Source: an uncultured virus (IMG/VR IMGVR_UViG_3300032246_002559)
Taxonomy: Duplodnaviria > Heunggongvirae > Uroviricota > Caudoviricetes
Virus record (IMG/VR): IMGVR_UViG_3300032246_002559
Direction: 5' to 3' (one strand)
DNA length: 64,000 bases
The notes below the pieces were generated by a model, which ran no database searches, was not told where the DNA came from, and worked only from the letters and a program-made list of their open reading frames with translations. A program made the position numbers and the translations under genes. How positions within the stretch are numbered: position 1 is the first letter of the stretch; each line of letters begins with the position of its first letter. Of this stretch, positions 1-9,390 are shown in pieces.

Positions 1-20
1 ATTGCGGGGATGCTGAAATC

Positions 21-422
21 ATGAGAGTCAAAGGTTTAGACGGGAGAACCTACACATGGTCATTTGCTGGCCGCTCAGATGAAGGGCCTGGTGGCCCAGC
101 TCGGTCAGGACTGCACTCACGCGTACGGGCGTTCCTCAGAACCGTCTATCCGGTAGACCGCATCATGGAGGAAGTTGGACTTCCCGGATCCAACGGGCTG
201 CGCGTCGACTTTTATCTACCTCTGAGAAAACTTGTTATAGAAGCCCATGGAGAGCAGCATTATCGATTCATTATGCACTTTCATAATACCGCAATGGGTT
301 TTTTGCAGTCGAAGGAGCGCGACCAGAAAAAACGAGACTGGTGCGCTCTTAATGACATCAAGTTGGTAGAGTTGCCTTTCAACGAGGAAAGCGAATTGTG
401 GTTGGTCCGAATGCAGTCATAA
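21..422 (+). CDS. PD-(D/E)XK / Vsr-DUF559-like endonuclease
   Basis: Motif RVDFYLP..KLVIEAHGEQHY..RDQKKRDWC..NDIKLVEL typical of this nuclease family; ATGA overlap with an upstream gene ending at 24. Confidence 0.7.
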   Translation: MRVKGLDGRTYTWSFAGRSDEGPGGPARSGLHSRVRAFLRTVYPVDRIMEEVGLPGSNGLRVDFYLPLRKLVIEAHGEQHYRFIMHFHNTAMGFLQSKERDQKKRDWCALNDIKLVELPFNEESELWLVRMQS

Positions 423-442
423 TTCAAAAAATGGGGTGAGAG

Positions 443-895
443 ATGTCTGACACAAGCATGACGGTTGATCAGTCTTTAGATGAGTTCGAGCGTTCGGTCA
501 TGCCAGCCGATGGGCAGGGGGCGATGAAATATGTCGGACTACCCCAGGAAGAGCTACACATGATGTCGGCCGAAGAGTGCGGAGAAGCTGCGGTTATGTT
601 GACTTGCCTATCGTTTCACCTGGCCAAACAGGCCAACAAGCTGCGGGCCAAAATTCGCTATTGCAATGAGACTATCCTTAAGTCTGTGGCAGGCAAGACT
701 GGTAACTATCGCTATCAATCACCTGATGAACGTATGTCTCTGGCTATTCAAGAGGATGATCATGCCACGTCAATGAAAAAGCACGAAGTTACGTTGTCAT
801 GCCGTTTGGAAAGGATCGACTATCTTTCCTTGCGATTGGAAAAGATTGCGGATATGTTCTCATCTTTGGCCGCGACGAAAAGGAGACAATCATGA
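443..895 (+). CDS. Hypothetical helical protein (possibly UvsY-like recombination mediator)
   Basis: 150 aa, predicted coiled-coil, located in the replication module; the UvsY resemblance is only by size, helicity and context. Confidence 0.4.
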   Translation: MSDTSMTVDQSLDEFERSVMPADGQGAMKYVGLPQEELHMMSAEECGEAAVMLTCLSFHLAKQANKLRAKIRYCNETILKSVAGKTGNYRYQSPDERMSLAIQEDDHATSMKKHEVTLSCRLERIDYLSLRLEKIADMFSSLAATKRRQS

Positions 896-1308
896 GTCAG
901 GAGTTATTAGCGAAAATGGCAACAGCTATGGCTAAAGGAGATTGGAATTCCGTGGCTGACATTGCTAATTTGATGGCTGCTGGCGAGGCTCCAGTTGCAC
1001 AGGAAGCAAAATCTCGCAAAAAGCCCATTCTCCCCGCTGGTCCAGCGATTGCTGGCGGCAACCCTAAATTCCTCAATAAATTCGTAGACGACAAGACTTT
1101 GGAGAAGTCGCATATTGCTTCTGATAGGAAGCTTCTCAAAGGAGTTAAGCCTACTACTCGTCGCCCACCGTCAGGCAACAAGCCGGTGGAAGTCTCTTGC
1201 CCCAAGTGCAATAAGTTCCATATGGTGGCATCCTCGCTCGTAGCAATACGTCGGGAGACAGACTCGGGAATCGTTTGCCCTTCTTGCCTGAGGAGTCCGC
1301 GCCGATGA
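892..1308 (+). CDS. Hypothetical protein with C-terminal Zn ribbon
   Basis: Start moved to ATG 892 (AGGAG SD, ATGA overlap); CPKC...CPSC motif. Confidence 0.6.
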   Translation: MSQELLAKMATAMAKGDWNSVADIANLMAAGEAPVAQEAKSRKKPILPAGPAIAGGNPKFLNKFVDDKTLEKSHIASDRKLLKGVKPTTRRPPSGNKPVEVSCPKCNKFHMVASSLVAIRRETDSGIVCPSCLRSPRR

Positions 1309-2759
1309 ACAGCGATCCAGCGGCCGAACGTGCCGTCCTAGCAGCCTTGTATAGAGGTGGGCACGAGTCGTGGGTAGAAATCTCCGATGTTCTTTCGCCC
1401 GACTGCTTTTCGTGTGGGAACAATTCGATCTATTATCGGGTCCTGGAGAAAATGTTAGCTGACCCAGGCAGCAAAGCCGACGTCCCCTCCTTCTTGTCGA
1501 CGGCAAGCATTTTAGGATTTCCTGACCTGATGAAAAATCAGGAGGAGCAGAAATATCTGCGAGCGCTGACTGTCACGGCCGTAGACCCAAGTAACCTTCG
1601 TAAGCAGGCTGCTCGACTAGTCAAACTTAAAAAGGCGTCTGAATTCGCCGAGGTACTAGGGAAAGCCGCCGATGAACTCCGGAAAGTCACTGGGGAAGAG
1701 ACCCTTGGGGAAATCCTGGGGATGGGCGAGGAAGCTGTTTTTAATTTCGTCGGCACGTTGGGAAACCAGAACGATGCCCTGTCCCACATTGGGAAAGACC
1801 TAGACGAATATCTTGATTACCTCGCTAATAATCCATCAGACATGATGGGCGTTAGTTCGGGACTAGACACCTATGATCAGGCGATTGGAGGAGGATTTCA
1901 ACGCGGTACGGTGAACGTCATCGGCGCTCGGCCAAAAGTGGGAAAGACCCAACTTGCCGACAATATCGCCCTCCATGTCGCAGGCAAATTGGGCATTCCA
2001 GTTCTAAACCTTGATACCGAAATGTCTGCCAAAGAGCATTGGCACCGCATGATCGCCAACCTATCCAATGTGACGGTTGATCGAATAAAGTCTGGAAAAT
2101 TTGCGGCTGACCCCGAGGAGTCAAGGCGAGTCTACGAGGCTAAAGAGGCAATAAAAAAGATGCCTTACCACTACGCCTCGATAGCCGGCCAGCCATTCGA
2201 GGAAACAGTGGGAATCATGAGGCGATGGTTGTATCGACAGGTCGAATTTGATCAATCAGGGCAGTCTAATCCGTGCCTGGTTGTCTTCGACTACGTTAAA
2301 TTGATGGATGATAGGTCAATTACTAAGAACGTGAGCGAATTTCAGGCCCTTGGCTTCCTTATGACAAACCTACATAACTTTGCGGTCAAGTACCAAATCC
2401 CAGTATTGGCATTTGTACAACTCAACCGAGACGGTATTAATGCCGAAGACACCAGTACGGCGTCTGGGTCCGACCGAATTATCTGGTTATGCTCCAATTT
2501 CTCCATTTACAAGTGGAAATCTCAAGAAGAAATGGCTGAAGAAGGCTCGGGTCCAGACGGCGTTCGCTATAACCTCAAGCTTATACCAGTTGTAACTAGG
2601 CACGGAAAGGGGGTGGATAGTGGAGACTACATCAATGTCCAGGGGCAGTACGAGTTCGGGCGAATCCGAGAAGGCCCGACCAGGAACGGGTTCCTCAGAA
2701 CGCGCTCGGGAAGGCCCCCCGTCGACAGTGGAGGAGCAGATAAGGCCCCACAATTTTGA
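1305..2759 (+). CDS. dnaB: Replicative DNA helicase, DnaB family
   Basis: N-terminal AERAVLAAL, Walker A GARPKVGKT, LDTEMS, Walker B VFDYVKLM, VQLNR; ATGA-coupled start at 1305. Confidence 0.95.
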   Translation: MNSDPAAERAVLAALYRGGHESWVEISDVLSPDCFSCGNNSIYYRVLEKMLADPGSKADVPSFLSTASILGFPDLMKNQEEQKYLRALTVTAVDPSNLRKQAARLVKLKKASEFAEVLGKAADELRKVTGEETLGEILGMGEEAVFNFVGTLGNQNDALSHIGKDLDEYLDYLANNPSDMMGVSSGLDTYDQAIGGGFQRGTVNVIGARPKVGKTQLADNIALHVAGKLGIPVLNLDTEMSAKEHWHRMIANLSNVTVDRIKSGKFAADPEESRRVYEAKEAIKKMPYHYASIAGQPFEETVGIMRRWLYRQVEFDQSGQSNPCLVVFDYVKLMDDRSITKNVSEFQALGFLMTNLHNFAVKYQIPVLAFVQLNRDGINAEDTSTASGSDRIIWLCSNFSIYKWKSQEEMAEEGSGPDGVRYNLKLIPVVTRHGKGVDSGDYINVQGQYEFGRIREGPTRNGFLRTRSGRPPVDSGGADKAPQF

Positions 2760-2772
2760 AAATCTCCGCTCC

Positions 2773-3777
2773 ATGTCTTCCATCGCGACACAGCACCTTG
2801 AGCAAGTCCTTGCTGCTTTTGGTATTGATTATTTGAAATCTGACAACGCCCTCGTCATGCCCTGCCCTGTTCATGGTGGAGATAACACCACCGGCTGCCG
2901 AGCTTACACGAATGCTGCTTTCGGGTACTGGCAGTGCCACACGCGTAGTTGCCATAAGATCTTTCGTGATGATACCTTCGGTCTGGTGAGAGGAATTCTG
3001 TCTCGACAAACCAAGAACTGGAATGCCCAAGGAGACAGGGTAGCCAACCTTACTGAGACAGGCAATTTTATCCGCCGCATTCTTGGGATCAAAGGAGATG
3101 GTCCGGACATGGTTGTCGACGAATCTCGTCGAGAATTTGTTACGGCAACACGCCGCTTGACTGTCGAGGAAGAGGTGGAAGGGAAATGGTCCCGCCAGGT
3201 TGTTCGTGGGAGAATGAGAGTCCCGTCCCAGTTTTTCATTAATAGAGGGTTTTCTGCGGAAGTCCTAGATCGTTTTGACGTTGGAGATACGCAGACAGGA
3301 CCATTTGCGGGTCGAGCAGTCGTTCCTGTTTATGATCACACCGGTTTAATGGCCGTCGGATTCTCTGCCCGAGCAACCACAAACCAAACTCCAAAATGGT
3401 TGCACTCGCGATTTTCTAGGGCTAGGGTCCTTTATAATATGGCTGCGGCGTTTCGAGAAGCACGAAGGATTGGAACAATTATCCTCGTTGAGGGGCCTGC
3501 GGACGTCTGGAGGCTGTGGGAAGCTGGTTATCACAATGCAGCGGCGCTTCTCGGCGTTTCTTTGACGGATCCCCAGCAAGTGCTTCTTGAAGCGTCGGGC
3601 GCCGGGCGAGTAGTTGTCTTTCTCGACGACGATGAAGCGGGAAGATCGGCAGCAATGAAGATCGTGGGTCAGCTTTCTCGTTGTTTTCGAGTCGTTATAG
3701 CCCATGCCGGTCAAGGTAGGGATCCTGCTGATTTGACCACGCAGGAACTCAAGAAAATTTTGGAGGGGTTGAGATGA
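2773..3777 (+). CDS. dnaG: DNA primase (CHC2-like Zn domain + TOPRIM)
   Basis: CPVHGGDN...CHTRSC zinc site; TOPRIM ILVEGPADV and FLDDDEAG, DPADL; start uncertain (GTG 2728 or ATG 2773). Confidence 0.9.
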   Translation: MSSIATQHLEQVLAAFGIDYLKSDNALVMPCPVHGGDNTTGCRAYTNAAFGYWQCHTRSCHKIFRDDTFGLVRGILSRQTKNWNAQGDRVANLTETGNFIRRILGIKGDGPDMVVDESRREFVTATRRLTVEEEVEGKWSRQVVRGRMRVPSQFFINRGFSAEVLDRFDVGDTQTGPFAGRAVVPVYDHTGLMAVGFSARATTNQTPKWLHSRFSRARVLYNMAAAFREARRIGTIILVEGPADVWRLWEAGYHNAAALLGVSLTDPQQVLLEASGAGRVVVFLDDDEAGRSAAMKIVGQLSRCFRVVIAHAGQGRDPADLTTQELKKILEGLR

Positions 3778-4415
3778 TTTTGCTCGGTATCGCCGGTCGC
3801 AAAGGGTCGGGTAAAGATACATTGGCGTCGTCGCTCCTTCAGTGGTGGTTGAATCCAGAGAGCCTAATAAAAGACGGCGCTGTCTACCACATGGCAGACC
3901 CCATGAAAGATCTTTCGATTAATTTCTTTGGTCTGAACCACGCATCTGTTTATGGTACTCAGGAGCAAAAAGAATCTCCCATCCCCTATGCTTGGGGACA
4001 GATGCCTACTTACAGCATAATGGTCGAACCAAAACCTTCAAGTAACAGAAGAATGACTGGGCGCGAATTTCTACAGTATTTTGGCACGGAGATTTGTCGA
4101 ACCATGGATCCCATGATCCATGTCCATGCCACGATGAAAAAGATTGCCTCAGATGAAGAGCGGTCAATTGCTATCGATTACTTGGCTGTCGTCGCAGATC
4201 TTAGGTTTCCAAATGAATGCGACGCTATTCGGAAACGCGGAGGTAAAATTGTTCTGTTGACAAGGAGTGACGACCCAAAGATCGACGACCATTCTTCGGA
4301 AAACTCATTGAATGGCTATTCTTTCGACGCAGTCATCGACAATACTTTTATGACAAAGATGGAGCAGCTTGATGCTATCATCAAATATCTCAAGGAGTCA
4401 TCACAATTATCGTAA
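3774..4415 (+). CDS. Deoxynucleoside monophosphate kinase
   Basis: P-loop GIAGRKGSGKDT, REFLQYFGTE, ADLRFPNE, HSSE motifs of phage dNMP kinases. Confidence 0.9.
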   Translation: MILLGIAGRKGSGKDTLASSLLQWWLNPESLIKDGAVYHMADPMKDLSINFFGLNHASVYGTQEQKESPIPYAWGQMPTYSIMVEPKPSSNRRMTGREFLQYFGTEICRTMDPMIHVHATMKKIASDEERSIAIDYLAVVADLRFPNECDAIRKRGGKIVLLTRSDDPKIDDHSSENSLNGYSFDAVIDNTFMTKMEQLDAIIKYLKESSQLS

Positions 4416-5464
4416 CATTCCTGCGGTCCAGTTCCGTAGGGAGTTACGGCTGGTGCCCGCACAAATTCTTTATCACCAGCAATCTCGGTCTAAAAGAACC
4501 GTCGGGGAAAAAGGCCGAATCAGGTAATATTGTTCATAAAGCTCTGGAGTTGCTAGCTCGCAAAAAGCTTGCTCAACAGAATCGCGACAAGACCTTCTCG
4601 GACCCAGAAGTGGAAAGAGAGTTTTCTACCGCAACCTTTACCCCAGAAATGGCTGTCCAGGCTGGATGGGACCACTATACTCATCCCGAACGCACTATTC
4701 ACCCATGGACCAAAGGCGACTTTCAAAAATGTTTTAATTGGACCTGGGATGTTCTTCTATTTAACGACGGCATGTTCTCCCCCGTCAAACGCGACGTGGT
4801 CATGCCGGAGCAGTATTTCGAGATCGAACTTGAGGAAGACTGGGCCAAGTACAACTACGATCTGCCCGATGGTCGCCGATATGAAGGGAGACTGGTCCTG
4901 CGCGGGACAATGGATCTCGTCACCCGCGTGAGACCTGGGCTTATCGAATACATCGACTGGAAGACCGGAAAACGTCGCTGCTGGATAAAGGACAAGACAA
5001 AAGAGTACGAGGACATGCAGGAAGACTTCCAGTTGCGTTTGTATCACTTCGCTCTTTGCCACTTGTATCCCGATGATGACATCTTAATGACAATCTATTT
5101 TATTCAGGATGGAGGACCGTACAGCCTGTGCTATCAGAGATCCGATCTGCCCGAGACTCTTTCCATGATCCGTTGCGAGTTTGAGAAGATTCGCTCGGAT
5201 AATTTCCCTAATCGCATTCTTGACCGAGACCCCAATAACTGGAAATGCCGACGCCTCTGCCACTTTTATGACGACCAACATTCCGATTCGGGGCTGTCAA
5301 CATGCGAGCACTATCGACAGGAACTGATTCAGCTTGATTTGGGTCGAGTTATCGCCAAATATGCTAAAGGTGAACCTTGGGCTGGCTACGGCTCAGGAGG
5401 CGGTAGGACGGAACGCCTTGATGGTAATACGGACGCCCCTATATTCTTAGGAGACCCACAGTGA
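4406..5464 (+). CDS. Cas4/AddB-like PD-(D/E)XK exonuclease with probable Fe-S cluster
   Basis: Frame is open upstream of the listed 4550 start and contains RSSS...WCPHKF...GNIVHKALE; core LRGTMDLV..IDWKTG..QLRLY; C-terminal CRRLC..C; proposed ATT start at 4406 behind AAGGAG. Confidence 0.85.
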   Translation: MIVTFLRSSSVGSYGWCPHKFFITSNLGLKEPSGKKAESGNIVHKALELLARKKLAQQNRDKTFSDPEVEREFSTATFTPEMAVQAGWDHYTHPERTIHPWTKGDFQKCFNWTWDVLLFNDGMFSPVKRDVVMPEQYFEIELEEDWAKYNYDLPDGRRYEGRLVLRGTMDLVTRVRPGLIEYIDWKTGKRRCWIKDKTKEYEDMQEDFQLRLYHFALCHLYPDDDILMTIYFIQDGGPYSLCYQRSDLPETLSMIRCEFEKIRSDNFPNRILDRDPNNWKCRRLCHFYDDQHSDSGLSTCEHYRQELIQLDLGRVIAKYAKGEPWAGYGSGGGRTERLDGNTDAPIFLGDPQ

Positions 5465-5958
5465 TTCAAACTGTTAAAATCGGAACAAAGATTGTGTTGA
5501 ACAACGCCGAACAAAGGCTGGCAAAATATTTGGCACAGGCACGTTATGCAAAAAATAGGCAGGTCAATACCAAAGACATGAAGGTCGGTCCACAAGACTG
5601 CGAGACCACCGACCTAGAAGGAATTGCTGCTGAGATTGCTTTTTGTAAGATGTACAATGTTTATCCTGATCTTCAACTGGAAGACAGGCCAATGTACGAT
5701 GCTGTACTTCACGATGGGACAACCGTCGACGTGAAAGCGACCAAATATCGTTCTGGTCGATTGTTGGCCGTGCCCGGAAAGTTAGATAAGTGCGAGAAAT
5801 TGCAGTCGTATTCGCTTATCGTGGGCGAATTCCCCGGGCCTTATGAGTTTCGGGGGTTTTTGAGTCGGGAAGACCTCTTACGTCCGGAGCGTCTAACCGA
5901 TTTGGGTCACGGCCCCACTTATGCCGCACCACAGGACGAACTTAAGGAGGCCCCATGA
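5461..5958 (+). CDS. Restriction-endonuclease-fold (PD-(D/E)XK) protein
   Basis: GIAAEIAF...YDAVLHDGTTVDVKAT pattern. Confidence 0.55.
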   Translation: MIQTVKIGTKIVLNNAEQRLAKYLAQARYAKNRQVNTKDMKVGPQDCETTDLEGIAAEIAFCKMYNVYPDLQLEDRPMYDAVLHDGTTVDVKATKYRSGRLLAVPGKLDKCEKLQSYSLIVGEFPGPYEFRGFLSREDLLRPERLTDLGHGPTYAAPQDELKEAP

Positions 5959-6281
5959 CTTTGAACGAGTACCAGTTTGAGGCTAATACCACAGCTATTT
6001 ATCCAGATAGTGCGTCTTTGACCTATCCGACTCTGGGATTGGCTGGGGAAGCAGGAGAAATTTGCAACAAGGTTAAGAAGATCATCCGTGATGACGGCGG
6101 AGTGCTGAGCGACGACAAGAAAAAGGTTTTGATCGATGAATTAGGCGATGTTCTTTGGTATGTGGCTGCTATCGCCAAAGACCTGAAAGTATCTCTGGAT
6201 AATGTTGCTCGCGGGAATCTTGAAAAGCTACTCTCTCGCCAGCGCCGTGGCGCCTTAGGCGGGAGTGGAGACAACCGTTGA
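5955..6281 (+). CDS. MazG-like nucleotide pyrophosphohydrolase
   Basis: LNEYQ..LGLAGEAGE..KK..DELGDVLWY..NLEKL..R. Confidence 0.92.
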   Translation: MTLNEYQFEANTTAIYPDSASLTYPTLGLAGEAGEICNKVKKIIRDDGGVLSDDKKKVLIDELGDVLWYVAAIAKDLKVSLDNVARGNLEKLLSRQRRGALGGSGDNR

Positions 6282-6520
6282 GCACTCAGCTTGTTTGTTA
6301 TCTTAATTTGGTCGGGGTCCTGGCTGACTTTACAGCCGGGGCCATCGCCCTGCGCCGACGTCAATCGTTAGACTTAAAAAATTTAGCGACTATGTAAAAA
6401 ATTCTAATGTAGGAGCAGACATATTGAGCGAATCATACTACGATCTTATTGCTTGTCGTGACTGATGACTTTGAGCAAAATTTCTTGGCTATATTTTGGC
6501 TGCGAAAGGGCGGGGCGTGA
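6278..6520 (+). pseudogene. Decayed HAD-family 5'(3')-deoxyribonucleotidase remnant
   Basis: TTG 6278 frame reads VCYLNLVGVLADFTAG (cf. YLDLDGVLADF) and stops at 6397; a downstream frame reads TILLLVVTDDFEQNF..WLRKGGA* (cf. LIDD..N..W..GG), ending at 6520. Confidence 0.5.
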
Positions 6521-8451
6521 TGTCAGCATGGGTTCCGTTGCATGTTCATACTCATTATAGCCTACTAAAAGGGCTTTCAAAACCAGAGGCAGTGGCTGCT
6601 CGATGTGAAGCCTTGGGCTATAAGGCCTGTGCGATTACAGACCACGGCACTCTGTCTGGCACGATCAACTTTTCTAAAGCTTTACGCAAGAAAAATATCA
6701 AGCCGATTCTCGGCTGCGAATTTTACTTGTCGCAGCAAGACTCGAGATTAAAAAATCAGGAAAACGGCATTCACTCAAGAGTATGCGTGTTAGCGAAGGG
6801 CGACGAAGGGTGGAAGCGGTTAGTCCGCGCGTCATCTTCTAGTAACAACCCTGACAACTTCTATAAGAAGCCGCGGCTGGATTTGCCAAGTTTGGGACGG
6901 TTGATGGGTGGGCATGGGATCGCTTTCTCAGGGCACCCCGGCAGTGACCTATGCAACGCTCTGTTTTCTGATGCGCGCAAGGCATATGAAGCGCACACCT
7001 ACGAAGAAGCTCGCAACCTGGTTCCCTCAGATTGGGAATCTAGGCTTTTGGCTGTCTCGAGACAGTATCAAGTAGCGTTTGGCCCCGAAAACTTTTGGGT
7101 AGAAATTCAGGCTATTGATCAAGATAATTTGCCAGCAGCCGCTGTTGCAGTCAAAGCCCTAAGATGCTTTGCTAAAAAACATAATCTCAAGACATTAGCT
7201 ACGCCAGACGCGCATTATCCAACCCGCGAGGATGCCAGCGATCAACGCGTTCTCATGGCTATCTCTTTGCAAAGCACGCTGCCGTCTATTCGTTCGGCGC
7301 TTGCCAAGGATGAAGATAGTTCTCTCGGCGCATTTTTCCGTTCTAATCGATACCACATTCCATCGCTGCAAGAAATTCAGGCTTTGCATCAGCCCGAGGA
7401 AATCGAATCCTCTCTTGTGATCGCTGATTTGTGCGGGGACGTCAATGTTCTAGGTAGGCCTCAGCTTCCTGAGTTTGCCTGCCCTAAAGGAGTCACTGCT
7501 GATGATCACTTGCGCCAACTATGTAGGGAGGGGTGGAGAAAGAAGTTATCATGGATCGAACGAGGGTCCTCCGATTACCAGACCTATGGAGATCGCGTCA
7601 ACATGGAGCTGGCAGTCATCATGGAGGCAGGATTATCACCCTACTTCCTGATAGTCGGCGAGTATTGCGGGTGGGCCAGGTCGAATGGGTGGCTTGTAGG
7701 GAAAGGGCGTGGATCCGGGGCAGGTTGTCTCATCTCCTACCTCCTGAACATTACTAATGTCGATCCGGTCAAATACAGACTTCTGTTCGAGCGATTTTAT
7801 AACGCCGGTCGCAACCAGCCGGGCCGCGTAAGCTTGCCGGATATCGACTGCGATTTCCCCATCTCCCATAGGGACGAAGTGGTTCACCACATGAGGGATC
7901 TATATGGCAACGATAAAGTTGCACAGATGGTCACGTTCAGCCGATTGCAAGGGCGAGCAGCAATCAAAGATGTGATGAAAGTTCACGAAAAAGGGACATT
8001 CGACGAGGTTAACTGTATCACCGATCATATTCCCGACGAAGCTGCTATCGCTGACGAATTACAAGAAATGCGCGAGGACACAGGGGAGGCTTCTATCATT
8101 CAGTGGGCGCTAGAGAATAACTCTAAGGGCTTGGCTCCTTGGTGTCGATTGCTCGAAGACGGGACGTTAGAAGGACCCCTAGCGACAGAGTTCGCCCAGG
8201 CCATCAGGCTAGAAGGAACCAAGCGTAATCAAGGCAAGCATGCTGCGGGAGTTGTAATTGCCCCTAGATCTTTGACTGACTGTTGTCCTATGGTATACGA
8301 CAAGAGCACGCAACGGCAAATCTGTGGGGTTGAGATGGTAGACCTCGAAGCGATGGGATTCGTGAAATTCGACATACTTGGTGTTGCGGCCCTGGATAAG
8401 ATTCAGAGCGTAGTGTCGCTGCTCAAGGGAGGCAAATCGCGTGGTGAGTAA
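6520..8451 (+). CDS. dnaE: DNA polymerase III alpha subunit, N-terminal part (PHP + palm/thumb)
   Basis: HVHTHYSLL, AITDHG, PILGCEFY, DAHY, GRGSGAGCL, FERF, PDIDCDF, KHAAGVVI, KFDILG. Confidence 0.95.
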   Translation: MSAWVPLHVHTHYSLLKGLSKPEAVAARCEALGYKACAITDHGTLSGTINFSKALRKKNIKPILGCEFYLSQQDSRLKNQENGIHSRVCVLAKGDEGWKRLVRASSSSNNPDNFYKKPRLDLPSLGRLMGGHGIAFSGHPGSDLCNALFSDARKAYEAHTYEEARNLVPSDWESRLLAVSRQYQVAFGPENFWVEIQAIDQDNLPAAAVAVKALRCFAKKHNLKTLATPDAHYPTREDASDQRVLMAISLQSTLPSIRSALAKDEDSSLGAFFRSNRYHIPSLQEIQALHQPEEIESSLVIADLCGDVNVLGRPQLPEFACPKGVTADDHLRQLCREGWRKKLSWIERGSSDYQTYGDRVNMELAVIMEAGLSPYFLIVGEYCGWARSNGWLVGKGRGSGAGCLISYLLNITNVDPVKYRLLFERFYNAGRNQPGRVSLPDIDCDFPISHRDEVVHHMRDLYGNDKVAQMVTFSRLQGRAAIKDVMKVHEKGTFDEVNCITDHIPDEAAIADELQEMREDTGEASIIQWALENNSKGLAPWCRLLEDGTLEGPLATEFAQAIRLEGTKRNQGKHAAGVVIAPRSLTDCCPMVYDKSTQRQICGVEMVDLEAMGFVKFDILGVAALDKIQSVVSLLKGGKSRGE

Positions 8452-8734
8452 AAAAAATAAAGATGATGAAACTAGCCTTTCGTCCAAGGTTGTCTCGCAC
8501 AATCTAGCGCTTCTCGATGCTCTTGCCGAGATGTCCGAAGCAAAAAACAAAATCACTGAAGACCTTGGTCGCATCATTAAGGCCTTGATCATCAAGGCTG
8601 GTGGCGAGGTCAGGATTGACAGCGCGTTTATCTCTGCCGCTGAAGATCCTTACTGCGTTCTCAATAATAAGATTGGTTCAGATGGAGTATCGGTCAATTT
8701 ATGGGTGGAAATGCACAAGGAGAATGACCAGTGA
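8441..8734 (+). CDS. Hypothetical protein
   Basis: 97-aa ORF overlapping both neighbours, GGAGG SD. Confidence 0.6.
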   Translation: MVSKKNKDDETSLSSKVVSHNLALLDALAEMSEAKNKITEDLGRIIKALIIKAGGEVRIDSAFISAAEDPYCVLNNKIGSDGVSVNLWVEMHKENDQ

Positions 8735-9390
8735 ATTCTAACATAATCATTTGCTTCGATTTTGAGACCGGCGGATTGGATACGCGCACAACAGAGCCGA
8801 TCGAGATTGCCGCCATAGCTATCAACCCACGGACGTTGGCTCCGGTGCCAGATGGCACTTTTTACAGCCTGTGCAAACCTACCGACTTCTCGCTTTTGCA
8901 AGATCAGGCCTTGGCCGTCAACGGCAAAACTCGCGATCAACTCAAGCACGCTCCTGAGCAGGAAGCAGTATGGCGTTCTTTCGCCGGCTTTATCAAACGC
9001 TTTAACGCCAAGGGTAACGGGTTTGCCAGCGCGCCTATCGCGGCAGGCAAAAACATCCGATTGTTTGATCTGCCGATCTTTAGTCGGTTGTGTGCCAAGT
9101 ACGGACTAGTTGATAAAAATGGTGATCAAAACTTGTTTCACCGACGCAAGATTTATGATTTGGAAGATATGCTGGAGATGTGGTTTGAAAACTCCGACGA
9201 GCTTCCGGACCGTAAGATGGACACACTCCGAAAGTACTTCGGCATGTCGTCAGAGGGCGCTCATTCCGCTATGGTGGACACTAAACAAACCGCAGATTTA
9301 ATCGTGAGGTTCCTTAAGGTTCACCGTTACTATGCGACAAAAGTTGAGTTCAGGGGCGCTTGCGCCAAAAACCCAGCGGTGATATCGTGA
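8731..9390 (+). CDS. DEDDh 3'-5' exonuclease (DnaQ/epsilon-like)
   Basis: CFDFETGGL, GKNIRLFDLP, AHSAMVD. Confidence 0.9.
   Translation: MNSNIIICFDFETGGLDTRTTEPIEIAAIAINPRTLAPVPDGTFYSLCKPTDFSLLQDQALAVNGKTRDQLKHAPEQEAVWRSFAGFIKRFNAKGNGFASAPIAAGKNIRLFDLPIFSRLCAKYGLVDKNGDQNLFHRRKIYDLEDMLEMWFENSDELPDRKMDTLRKYFGMSSEGAHSAMVDTKQTADLIVRFLKVHRYYATKVEFRGACAKNPAVIS

Noticed and set aside
4406..5464. Cas4-like gene as part of a CRISPR-Cas system
   Set aside because: No other cas genes or array; solo Cas4/AddB-like nucleases are common in phage replication modules
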